Below are positions 16,267 to 24,935 of a DNA stretch of 33,249 nucleotides, in pieces (within the stretch, counting starts at the first letter, position 1; each line of letters opens with the position of its first letter). The DNA is from Bdellovibrionales bacterium. GTDB taxonomy: Bacteria > Bdellovibrionota > Bdellovibrionia > Bdellovibrionales > JAGQZY01. The position numbers were made by a program, and so were the translations under genes. The DNA is taken from assembly GCA_031426555.1 (NCBI GenBank), contig JANPLN010000028.1, forward strand, positions 1-33,249. Reading direction: 5' to 3'. The notes beneath the pieces were generated by a model. The model worked only from the letters and a program-made list of their open reading frames with translations, did not search any database and was not told the origin of the DNA.

Positions 16267-18446
16267 AATCAAACATGATGGATTCGGCTACGACGAAATC
16301 AAACTTGCTCTTTAAAGTTTTGCTGGGAGCAGCCTTTGTAGCAGCTATTTTTTTAAACTTTTATTACGAACTCGGAAATCACTTAAGTTTTCAATCTATA
16401 AAGGCTAACCAAACGCGACTCCAAGAACAATTTCTCACAGCACCCGTACTCACAGGGTGTGCGTTCGGTCTCATTTACGTTCTCGTGACGGCGCTCTCCA
16501 TTCCGGGTGCAGCGGTGCTCACGCTCGCTGCCGGAGCGATTTTTGGCATTTGGTACGGCACGCTGATCGTTTCATTTGCCAGCACCATCGGTGCCACCTT
16601 GGCGTTTCTCGCATCGAGATTTCTTTTTAAAGATTTTTTCGAACAAAAATTTTCCGAACGCTTCTCCACCATCAACCAAGGAATCAAAAAAGATGGGGCG
16701 GTTTATTTGTTCACCTTGCGTTTGATTCCGGCCGTGCCCTTTTTTCTTGTCAACATTCTCATGGGGCTCACTAAAATACCTACCTTGACATTTTTTTTCG
16801 TCAGTCAGGTGGGTATGCTCGCTGGAACCATCGTTTACGTCAATGCCGGCACACAATTGTCGCAGTTGGAGTCGCCGCAGGATATCATTTCGCTAAAAAT
16901 CATCTCGTCTTTTGTCGCTCTGGGTTTTTTTCCTCTGGTAGCTAAAAGCCTTCTGCGCTTTTTTAAAGCGCGAAAGTATTTGTCCAAGTTTACAAAACCT
17001 AAAAAATTCGACTACAACATGGTGGTGATTGGCGCTGGTTCGGCGGGTCTTGTTTCAGCTTACATCGCTTCTGCTGTCAAAGCGAAGGTTGCACTCATCG
17101 AAAAGCACAAAATGGGTGGAGATTGTCTGAACTCCGGCTGCGTGCCAAGCAAAGCTCTTATTCGTTCCGCAAAAATTTTCAACTACATCAAGCGCGGGGA
17201 AGAATTTGGAATCACATCAAGCGCCAGACCCGAAGTGCACTTTTCTAAAGTGATGGAGCGAGTGCAAAGCATCATCAAAGATATCGAGCCCCATGATTCG
17301 GCACAGCGCTACACAAAACTGGGTGTTGATTGCGTGAGCGGCGATGCAAGAGTGATATCGCCCTACGAAGTCCGCGTAAATAACAGAGTGCTCACCACAA
17401 AAAATATTGTCATCGCCACAGGTGCGAGGCCCTTTATACCTCAACTCAAAGGACTGGAGAGTGTTGCGTATCTGACCAGTGATAACATTTGGACTTTGCA
17501 GGCTTTGCCAAAAAAACTTGTGGTTCTTGGCGGAGGGCCCATCGGCTGTGAACTCGCCCAAGCTTTCGCGCGCTTTGGTTCGCAAGTGTCCATCATCGAG
17601 ATGGCCGATCGTTTGTTGGCAAGAGAAGATGTGGACGTTTCAGAAATGATTCACGATCATTTCACCAAAGAGGGCGTGAGCATTTACAAATCCCATAAGG
17701 CCGTTGAAATTGTACAAAGACATGGAAAAAACATTTTAATTTGCGAGCACGACGGACAACACATTGACATCGAATTTGACCAAATACTTTTAGCTCTTGG
17801 TCGCAAAGCCAATGTGTCGGGTTTTGGCCTGGAAGAACTCAACGTGGAAATTGCAAAAAATGGAACGGTGGCAGCTAACGAGTTTTTGCAAACCACCAAT
17901 TACCCCAATATCTACACCTGTGGTGATGTGACGGGCCCGTACCAATTTACCCACACTGCCAGCCACCAGGCGTGGTACGTGGCTGTGAATGCGCTGTTCA
18001 GCCCGTTTAAAAAGTACAAAGTGGATTACCGGGTGATCCCGTGGTGCACCTTCACCGATCCCGAAGTGGCGCGCGTGGGGCTGAACGAAGCGGAGGCCAC
18101 GGAAAAAAAGATTCCCTTCGCCGTCACAAAATACAACATCGACGACCTCGATCGCGCCATCACCGATGGCGAAGCCCATGGTTTTGTAAAAGTACTCACC
18201 AAGCCAAACTCGGATGTTATTTTGGGAGTCACCATCGTGGGCAGCCACGCTGGGGATATTATCGCCGAGTACGTCGCTGCCATGAAGCACGGGTTTGGAC
18301 TCAATAAGATTCTCGGGACCATCCATATTTATCCAACCCTCGCAGAAGCCAATAAACTTGCGGCCGGTGTTTGGAAGCGCGAAAACACACCTCAATACGC
18401 GTTTGTCTGGTTAAAACGTTTTCACGATTGGCGCAGAGGCAGCTAA
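16263..18446 (+). CDS. TVP38/TMEM64 (DedA-like) domain fused to pyridine nucleotide-disulfide oxidoreductase (MerA/Lpd-like)
   Basis: N-terminal LSIPGA..LTLAAG..FG and LRLIP.VPF; then GAGSAG, GGDCLNSGCVPSK, GGGPIGCE and HIYPTLAE; ATGA overlap; no C-terminal Cys-Cys. Confidence 0.92.
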   Translation: MKSNMMDSATTKSNLLFKVLLGAAFVAAIFLNFYYELGNHLSFQSIKANQTRLQEQFLTAPVLTGCAFGLIYVLVTALSIPGAAVLTLAAGAIFGIWYGTLIVSFASTIGATLAFLASRFLFKDFFEQKFSERFSTINQGIKKDGAVYLFTLRLIPAVPFFLVNILMGLTKIPTLTFFFVSQVGMLAGTIVYVNAGTQLSQLESPQDIISLKIISSFVALGFFPLVAKSLLRFFKARKYLSKFTKPKKFDYNMVVIGAGSAGLVSAYIASAVKAKVALIEKHKMGGDCLNSGCVPSKALIRSAKIFNYIKRGEEFGITSSARPEVHFSKVMERVQSIIKDIEPHDSAQRYTKLGVDCVSGDARVISPYEVRVNNRVLTTKNIVIATGARPFIPQLKGLESVAYLTSDNIWTLQALPKKLVVLGGGPIGCELAQAFARFGSQVSIIEMADRLLAREDVDVSEMIHDHFTKEGVSIYKSHKAVEIVQRHGKNILICEHDGQHIDIEFDQILLALGRKANVSGFGLEELNVEIAKNGTVAANEFLQTTNYPNIYTCGDVTGPYQFTHTASHQAWYVAVNALFSPFKKYKVDYRVIPWCTFTDPEVARVGLNEAEATEKKIPFAVTKYNIDDLDRAITDGEAHGFVKVLTKPNSDVILGVTIVGSHAGDIIAEYVAAMKHGFGLNKILGTIHIYPTLAEANKLAAGVWKRENTPQYAFVWLKRFHDWRRGS

Positions 18447-19102
18447 TAAATAAGCTCAATGGCAGAGAGCAATACACCGTAGTCCGAAAGCGTATCGTCG
18501 CCGTCGATACTGATCCAAATGGCTATCGTATCTATCGGCTCCTTCAAACTGTGTTCCACAGAAAAGGCTCCAGGATTTTTTTGGATAGCAACAATCGTTT
18601 CGTTGAGCAAATCGGAAGAATAGTGTGTGCGCTTCACACCAAGCTCATTGGCATTTTGGCTGATATTGAAAAATTCGATGCGGTCCAAACCCGAACCAAC
18701 GGGGAGAAGGCCGTAGATACGTTTGACCCATTGGGCAGCGACCAGTTTGTAAAGTCCGCTGAGAGTTTTTTTGCCAGGCACCACAAAACCAATTCTTAGG
18801 GGATAGTCGTCGGACCCCTTTTTTCCTTGCAGCCCCACATCTTTAAACGTGGGTAAGCCTTTAAACTCGCCGACAATTTTAAACCCTTTGATTTTTTTTG
18901 CTTCGGGCATTTTAAAAAACAGCGGGCTTGCAGATTTTCTCACAGAAACCAAAAGAGCGCCGTTTTCCACTGAAAACTGATTGCTGGTTTTTTTAGAAAA
19001 CGCCTCCTGTTGCCAGGAGGAAAGGTTATTGACCGGCAGAGCCAGGACTCCCGCGCATAAGTAAAGTCCTAATGCGGGTTTGAGATTGATGAGTGAGCGC
19101 AT
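18443..19102 (-). CDS. exported DUF3047-like protein
   Basis: Hydrophobic N-terminus; KGSDDYPLRIGFV and IAIWISIDGDDT resemble DUF3047 motifs; alternative TTG start at 19120. Confidence 0.55.
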   Translation of the reverse strand: MRSLINLKPALGLYLCAGVLALPVNNLSSWQQEAFSKKTSNQFSVENGALLVSVRKSASPLFFKMPEAKKIKGFKIVGEFKGLPTFKDVGLQGKKGSDDYPLRIGFVVPGKKTLSGLYKLVAAQWVKRIYGLLPVGSGLDRIEFFNISQNANELGVKRTHYSSDLLNETIVAIQKNPGAFSVEHSLKEPIDTIAIWISIDGDDTLSDYGVLLSAIELIY

Positions 19103-19123
19103 TTTAAAAAGTGGTCTCAAGGG

Positions 19124-20050
19124 CTAAAACGTATAGCCGGCTTTGATTTCGAGTTCCGAAAGACTAAAATCAAATTTCTGGTTATTGATTTCGTAATCCA
19201 AGTTGTAAAAATTAAAGCTGGCATCGGCAAAAAAGTTTTGCAAAATATAATATCTGCCGCCCAAATGAAAACCAAAATCACCATTCATTTCGCCCGCAAA
19301 ACCCGAGCTGTTCACAAACAAATGATTTAATCCAAAGTAGGCATAGGTGGCTTCGCTCCACTGATAGCGAAGATTTGAAAATACGGAAAGGGTTTCGATT
19401 TTGGCGGCGTTACTAAAATTTCCCCCTTGCGAAGCGCCGGGTCCGCTCAACTGATAGCGGCCGTAAGAGCGCGGCAGTTGATAGGCAGTTCCTGCCGAGA
19501 GCGAGAGGTTGTACGGTAATTTCAAAATGGAGTACTCTGCACCCACGGCGAGGGTGTTTGAACCGCGAAAGTCGCCGATGGAGGTGGAGGGATTGAGTTG
19601 CGCTTCGCCGTCAAGGCGGTTGCCCGCAAGATAAGAAAACGTCGCCGACAAACGATTCTTAATATAAGCCTCGTAAAACTCTTGGTCGATGTAGCCAATG
19701 TCGGCACTCACGCTGTCGGTGGACATCTCGGCGCGAATGATCTTAGGCTCTGCGGTGATGATTCTTTCGACCATGACTTTGGGTCGGGGAGCCACAATGG
19801 TTCCTTTGGAGACATACTCTCGCTGGCATTGTTCGGTGTTAACGTAAATAAAGTCCGTGACAACCTTCTCGACCACTAAAAAACAAGCGCCCTTGGGAGT
19901 TTCCACAACAAACTCATTTCCAGCGGAATATTTTTGCGCATCCAAAGTTGCGATGACCGCGAGATTATTTCGTGGTGGTTCAAAACGCAGGATGGAGTAG
20001 GACTCGGCAGATGAAAGAAGCGATGAAATGATGAGTGATAGTAAAAGCAT
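19124..20050 (-). CDS. outer-membrane beta-barrel protein with N-terminal extra domain
   Basis: Signal peptide; amphipathic strands; C-terminal beta-signal EIKAGYTF; SD AGGAG. Confidence 0.75.
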   Translation of the reverse strand: MLLLSLIISSLLSSAESYSILRFEPPRNNLAVIATLDAQKYSAGNEFVVETPKGACFLVVEKVVTDFIYVNTEQCQREYVSKGTIVAPRPKVMVERIITAEPKIIRAEMSTDSVSADIGYIDQEFYEAYIKNRLSATFSYLAGNRLDGEAQLNPSTSIGDFRGSNTLAVGAEYSILKLPYNLSLSAGTAYQLPRSYGRYQLSGPGASQGGNFSNAAKIETLSVFSNLRYQWSEATYAYFGLNHLFVNSSGFAGEMNGDFGFHLGGRYYILQNFFADASFNFYNLDYEINNQKFDFSLSELEIKAGYTF

Positions 20051-20094
20051 GTAAATCTCCTATGAGGAGATCCCATCATGCTGGTTTGAATTGG

Positions 20095-20141
20095 TCAATT
20101 TGCAAATTGATCCACTGTTAAAGGGATCAATTTGCAAATTG
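20095..20141. repeat. 18-bp perfect inverted repeat whose arms each contain the palindrome CAATTTGCAAATTG
   Basis: CAATTTGCAAATTGATCC (20096-20113), 10-nt loop, GGATCAATTTGCAAATTG (20124-20141). Confidence 0.85.
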
Positions 20142-21665
20142 CTCTACAATCGCTTCCGCGGTGCGCACGCCGTCACAGGCGGCGCTGGTGATGCCGCCTG
20201 CATAACCGGCACCTTCGCCCACCGGGAACAAACCGAAATGCGAAGTTGATTGGAGCGTCGTGTTTGAGCGCGGTACGCGGATAGGGCAGGAGGTTCGTGT
20301 TTCCATGCCGTGCAATTGAGCGTGGCGCGATGCAAACCCGCGCATCTTGCGATCAAAAATCTCCAGCGCTTCGCTGAGTCGCATATAAATACTGGATGGC
20401 AAAATACGATCCAAGCGTATGGGTGTGGCTCCTGACGGCGAGCTGGAACTGGTCAATTTGGAGTCGGTTTGCGAAAGAAAACTCAGCACATCCTGGGTGG
20501 GAATCTGTTTTGTTCCTTTATTTTCTTTCACGCGAATAAACGATTCATGCTCAAGCTGTCGGCGAAGTTTCATTCCGCCAAAAACGTCAGAGCCAAAAAG
20601 ACGTTCGTGATTAATCGATACGACAATGGCTGCATTGGCATAGGGTGAGCCGCGATTGTAATTGCTCATGCCGTTAGCAACGATGCCATCGGCTTCGGTG
20701 CCCGAGGATAAAACGTAACCGCCGGGACACATGCAAAATGAATAAACGCCAATGTCGTCCGTGGAATCATGATGGGTCAGTTTGTAATTGGCTGCTTTTA
20801 ATTCTGGGTTGTCTTTGTGCTCGCCGTACTGGATAGAATTGATCAATTCCTGTGAGTGCTCGATGCGCAAACCCAGCGCGAAGGATTTTCCCTCAAGAGC
20901 AACGCCCTCTTCGTGAAGATGATCAAACATGTCGCCAGCCGAGTGGCCTGTGGCGAGAAGGACCACCGGGGAATTAAATTCTTTTTCATCCGAGGTTTTA
21001 ATGCCCATCACCTTTTGGTTCTTAAAAACAATGCGTTGCACGCGAGTGTTAAAGTGAATGTCGCAGCCTGAAGCTAATAAATACTCGCGAATTTTGGGAA
21101 TCACGCGGCGAATCTTATCGGAGCCCACATGGGGATTGGATAAATATTTGATTTCTCCCGGGGCACCAAAATCCACCAGGCGATCCATCACGTAGGGTAT
21201 GTGGGGCGACTTAATGCGTGTGATCAATTTTCCGTCGGAATAGAGCCCGGCGCCGCCTTCGCCAAAGCAAACATTGTCCTCGGGGTTCAGTGTGCCGTAA
21301 CGCCAAAACTTATTGATGGAAACAATGCGCTTTTCGCAGGCAGATCCACGTTCAAAGAGAATGGGCTTAAAACCCCGTTCAATCAGTCGCAGGGCCGCAA
21401 AGAGGCCCGCGGGACCGGCTCCAATGATCAGCGGCCGGAACGAAGGGTTGGTGATCTTTTTTTCGACAAAGATTTTATCTGAGGGTGGCGTTTCTTGCTG
21501 TGTAAAGATTTCTACGGAATAGATCCATTCGGGCTTTTTAACACCGCGAGCATCGATAGACTTGCGCAAAATGCGATGAGTTTTGTAATCGGATTCGAGG
21601 AGCTGAAGTTTTTCCTGCAAATCCTCCCCGAGGGGGATTTTTAAGTCTTTGATTATTTTACTCAT
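20127..21665 (-). CDS. NAD(P)/FAD-dependent oxidoreductase (COG2509-like)
   Basis: IIGAGPAGLFAA, FGEGGAGLYSDGKL, PHVGSD, LATGHSA, YSFCMCPGG and GEGAGYAGGITSAA motifs. Confidence 0.92.
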   Translation of the reverse strand: MSKIIKDLKIPLGEDLQEKLQLLESDYKTHRILRKSIDARGVKKPEWIYSVEIFTQQETPPSDKIFVEKKITNPSFRPLIIGAGPAGLFAALRLIERGFKPILFERGSACEKRIVSINKFWRYGTLNPEDNVCFGEGGAGLYSDGKLITRIKSPHIPYVMDRLVDFGAPGEIKYLSNPHVGSDKIRRVIPKIREYLLASGCDIHFNTRVQRIVFKNQKVMGIKTSDEKEFNSPVVLLATGHSAGDMFDHLHEEGVALEGKSFALGLRIEHSQELINSIQYGEHKDNPELKAANYKLTHHDSTDDIGVYSFCMCPGGYVLSSGTEADGIVANGMSNYNRGSPYANAAIVVSINHERLFGSDVFGGMKLRRQLEHESFIRVKENKGTKQIPTQDVLSFLSQTDSKLTSSSSPSGATPIRLDRILPSSIYMRLSEALEIFDRKMRGFASRHAQLHGMETRTSCPIRVPRSNTTLQSTSHFGLFPVGEGAGYAGGITSAACDGVRTAEAIVEQFAN

Positions 21666-21795
21666 GTGCCTTAATCTAACATGGAAATAACGTTACGTCG
21701 ACTGATGTTAGTGGGTGACTGTTAATGGGTGACAGCTGAAGGATGACGGCATGCTGATGGTGAGTAAATTCGTGCAGAAGAAGTTTTTAGCTAAA

Positions 21796-22623
21796 ATGAT
21801 CCGAGATCAACTGATGAACGCGGTGATGCCTCAGTTGCCCAAAAAGTACCTGAGTCATTACGTGGGAAATTTTGCCTACAAAAAATGGCCCTTGCCGCTG
21901 GCGCAGCTGTCGGTAAAAGCCTTTGCTTCCATGGTCGGAATCGATGTGAGCGAAGCCGAAAAGCCATTGAGCGAGTACAAAAGTGTTGGCGAGTTGTTTT
22001 CTCGGCGCCTCAAAAAAGAAGCTCGCCCGCTCAACGGCGACCGCATTCATCCTTGTGATAGCCGCATCACTCAAAGCGGAAAAATTGTTCAAGGAATTTT
22101 AATTCAAGCCAAAGGCATCAAATACACTTTGGACGAATTCTTGCCGCAAACGCCGTGGGCAGAGTCCCTCGAAGGCGGTACTTTCACGACGTATTACCTG
22201 AGCCCAAAGGATTACCACCGCGTGCACTCGCCCATCAAAGGAAAAGTCTGTTGGTTAAAAACCTTTCCCGGTGAACTTTGGCCAGTAAATTACTGGAGCC
22301 TGCGCAATATCCCCGGAGTTTTAGCGGTCAACGAGCGGGTAGCCATTGGAATCGAAACTCCGCAAGGTCGCGCCATCCTTGTTATGGTAGGAGCTACCAA
22401 TGTGGGGAGTATGTCATTTCCGTTTGATCCTTCGGTGCATACCAACGAGTATCCGTTTAAAAACCGCCGCCTCCTTATGGAGTACACCCCACCGAAAACG
22501 GTGTCTGTCGGCGATGAGTTGGGTGTTTTTAATTTGGGAAGTACAGTGGTTCTTCTCACCGAACCCAAATTAAACTGGATCGCCAGTGAAGCTCGTAAAG
22601 TGAAAATGGGCGAGTCTGTATAG
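21796..22623 (+). CDS. psd: phosphatidylserine decarboxylase proenzyme
   Basis: FSRRLK..ARP, QAKG..Y, YLSPKDYHRVHSP, NERV, VGATNVGS and LGST autocleavage motif. Start uncertain (21751, 21796 or 21814). Confidence 0.94.
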   Translation: MIRDQLMNAVMPQLPKKYLSHYVGNFAYKKWPLPLAQLSVKAFASMVGIDVSEAEKPLSEYKSVGELFSRRLKKEARPLNGDRIHPCDSRITQSGKIVQGILIQAKGIKYTLDEFLPQTPWAESLEGGTFTTYYLSPKDYHRVHSPIKGKVCWLKTFPGELWPVNYWSLRNIPGVLAVNERVAIGIETPQGRAILVMVGATNVGSMSFPFDPSVHTNEYPFKNRRLLMEYTPPKTVSVGDELGVFNLGSTVVLLTEPKLNWIASEARKVKMGESV

Positions 22624-22672
22624 AGTCGCTTCTTCGAAGCTCCCGTTGAGGGGTAGCTAGCCTATGATCCTG

Positions 22673-22700
22673 TTAATTAGATTTATATAAAAGCCGATAA
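22673..22700 (+). promoter_or_regulatory. putative sigma28/FliA promoter TAAT-N15-GCCGATAA
   Basis: Perfect -10 GCCGATAA at 22693-22700 with a 15-nt spacer, 30 nt upstream of a small lipoprotein gene. Confidence 0.6.
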
Positions 22701-22730
22701 ATTTTGTAAGAACGCTCTGAGGAGATCTTT

Positions 22731-22940
22731 ATGAAATTGATTTTGATCGCATTTTCCATGGCTTTGTTAACTTCCTGTTCGTCTTCATCTTCGTCTTCAA
22801 GGCAGCCGGCAAGTCGTGCAGGTAGGCCTTACCAAGAACCCAAGGTGATGAATCGCCACAATGTGGACACGGAAAGTTTGTTTCAAGCTTGCATTAAAGA
22901 ATGGCCAGAGCTTTACTGTCGCAACCGAATGGGAAGGTAG
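22731..22940 (+). CDS. small lipoprotein (69 aa)
   Basis: SD GAGGAG; lipobox LTSC; poly-Ser linker; C-terminal C-x8-C. Confidence 0.75.
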   Translation: MKLILIAFSMALLTSCSSSSSSSRQPASRAGRPYQEPKVMNRHNVDTESLFQACIKEWPELYCRNRMGR

Positions 22941-22948
22941 GTGCTAGC

Positions 22949-23545
22949 GTGAATAAAAGATGGTTCGCACTGGGATTTATCTCCGCCGTCTTTTGCTGCA
23001 GCATTGTCTTCGGAATCTTTCAGTACTCAACAAATAAAAATACACAAATATCTGATTCAGAGAAATCCGATTTCTCCTTGGGCAGCCGCGAAGGTGCGGA
23101 GACTTTGGACGACGGGATTCGTTTGATCGAAGTTAAATTCGGTTCTGGAGAAATTCGCATTGATTATTCAATGGCGGGTTCTGAGATCAATTGGAACTGC
23201 GACGGTGTGGGTAAAACCACCGTGCTTGAGCGCGACCCCGAAGCGGCCTCCGTTCGTTTGGATTTCTCATCGGCCATTGTCGACTGCGATATCACGGTGC
23301 CGGCGAAAAATCTTAAAATCGAAGGTCTGCACGGGGAGATCGAAGTTCGAAAGATCGCCGCTTCCGTTGAAATTCAAATGATCAACGGCGAAGTCTTTTT
23401 GCAGCCCCTCAAGGATCGGACCTATATTTTTGATCTCAATGTGGAATCTGGCGCTGTGGATGAGAGCCTCGAGAGCTCCTCCGACCCAAAATCCCTTCTG
23501 ATTAAAGCCGAAATGAAGTACGGCAACATCGAAAGACTAGACTAA
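22949..23545 (+). CDS. hypothetical membrane-anchored/exported beta-rich protein (possibly DUF4097-like)
   Basis: GTG22949; N-terminal hydrophobic helix; repeating xGxIxV-type strands. Confidence 0.65.
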   Translation: MNKRWFALGFISAVFCCSIVFGIFQYSTNKNTQISDSEKSDFSLGSREGAETLDDGIRLIEVKFGSGEIRIDYSMAGSEINWNCDGVGKTTVLERDPEAASVRLDFSSAIVDCDITVPAKNLKIEGLHGEIEVRKIAASVEIQMINGEVFLQPLKDRTYIFDLNVESGAVDESLESSSDPKSLLIKAEMKYGNIERLD

Positions 23546-23719
23546 GGTATTGTTTGTTGTAACCAAGTGCGTTAGGCTTTGCTGAGAAGGCAAAAGTCTC
23601 TTAGCCTTCTAATTGGGACGGGCGATGGTTTTTAGGATGAAAGACCCGATAGCAGAATGCTGGTGGCATCGCCTTTTTATGTCTTAACTAATCCATAAAT
23701 TTTAACTATATTGCGAGCC

Positions 23720-24403
23720 ATGAAATTAGTACTAGTTCGTCATGGGCAAAGTTTATGGAATCTAGAAAATCGTTTCACGGGCTGGGTGGATGTCCCCCTC
23801 ACTGACCTCGGTGAAAAAGAAGCACGCAAAGCAGGTCGTTTACTTTTAAGTCACGGCTTTGAATTTGATGTCGTGTTCACTTCGGTTCTACAACGTGCAA
23901 TTAAAACCTCGTGGCTGGCTCTTGAGGAGCTCGGGCAGACGTGGTTGCCACAGTACAAGTCATGGAGACTCAACGAACGCCATTACGGCGGCCTGCAGGG
24001 TTTAAATAAAACTGAGACGAAAGAAAAATTTGGCGAGGCCCAGGTGAAAATTTGGCGTCGCAGCTACGACATTCTCCCGCCGCCGCCATCCGAGCAAACT
24101 AACAAAGACTTCGCAAGCGATCGCCGCTATGTGGGAGTGCCTTTGCCACAGGGCGAAGCCCTGAAACAAACAGTGGAGCGTGTTCTTCCTTACTGGCAGG
24201 AGACCATCCTGCCGCAGATTCAAAAGCAACAGCGAGTTCTTGTGGTGGCTCACGGCAACAGCCTTCGGGCGTTAGTAAAACATTTAGCAAAAATTTCGGA
24301 TCAAGACATTATCGAGTTCGAATTCGAAACGGGCATTCCGCTGGTGTGCGAGCTGGATGAAAAGTTTCAATTAACTTCTAAAACCTTTTTAAAAGAGTCA
24401 TAA
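23720..24403 (+). CDS. gpmA: 2,3-bisphosphoglycerate-dependent phosphoglycerate mutase
   Basis: LVLVRHGQS.WNLENRFTGWVD, WRLNERHYGGLQGLNK, WRRSYD and AHGNSLRAL motifs. Confidence 0.97.
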   Translation: MKLVLVRHGQSLWNLENRFTGWVDVPLTDLGEKEARKAGRLLLSHGFEFDVVFTSVLQRAIKTSWLALEELGQTWLPQYKSWRLNERHYGGLQGLNKTETKEKFGEAQVKIWRRSYDILPPPPSEQTNKDFASDRRYVGVPLPQGEALKQTVERVLPYWQETILPQIQKQQRVLVVAHGNSLRALVKHLAKISDQDIIEFEFETGIPLVCELDEKFQLTSKTFLKES

Positions 24404-24404
24404 A

Positions 24405-24929
24405 ATGAAAATTAATTTGTTGGATATTAGTGAAGAGGGGCATGAGTTTTCGGTAAAATCGAAAGACGAAAAAGCCATCGATGAGAAACTATCACTCGTT
24501 GTCGACGGGCTTAAGGAATTTGAATTAAAAGTATTTATTCAAAAAGCCGGGGATATTTATACAGCCCAGGGCACCTATTCGATCTCGCAAGAGCAAGAGT
24601 GCTCTTTGTGTGCCGAGGACATTTCACTGCCCAGCAAAAATAAGTTCACCGAGTACATCGTCAACGAAACCAAAGGCGATCAAAAAGGGCATGCGCCCCA
24701 TAGCGGGTTGAACGTGGACAGCAAACTTGAAGTGACCTTTGTGCAGCATCACGAGCTCGACATGGGCGAGTTTGTTGGCGACCTTTTTGCTTTGGCGGTT
24801 TCTCCCTATCCCAAGTGTCTAGATAAGGACGCCTGTGAAAAGCGTCAGGAAAATAATAAAAAGTACTATGCGCAAGAAAACTTAAAGGCCAATCCGGCGT
24901 TTTCTGTTCTAGAAAAGTTAAAAAAGTAG
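24405..24929 (+). CDS. yceD: YceD/DUF177 family protein
   Basis: ECSLCAE (CxxC), ELDMGEFV, PYPKC....C and C-terminal NPAFSVLEKLK. Confidence 0.75.
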   Translation: MKINLLDISEEGHEFSVKSKDEKAIDEKLSLVVDGLKEFELKVFIQKAGDIYTAQGTYSISQEQECSLCAEDISLPSKNKFTEYIVNETKGDQKGHAPHSGLNVDSKLEVTFVQHHELDMGEFVGDLFALAVSPYPKCLDKDACEKRQENNKKYYAQENLKANPAFSVLEKLKK

Positions 24930-24935
24930 AGTCGT

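Noticed and set aside
16263..18446. merA completing a mer operon with the MerT/MerP-like genes
   Set aside because: No C-terminal Cys-Cys or NmerA domain, an Lpd-like HxxPTxAE motif, a location 12 kb away and no merR.
23581..23680. c-di-GMP-I, fluoride riboswitch or hammerhead
   Set aside because: Only fragments (GGCAAA, GGGACG, GGCGATGG) match; the required downstream consensus and stems are missing.
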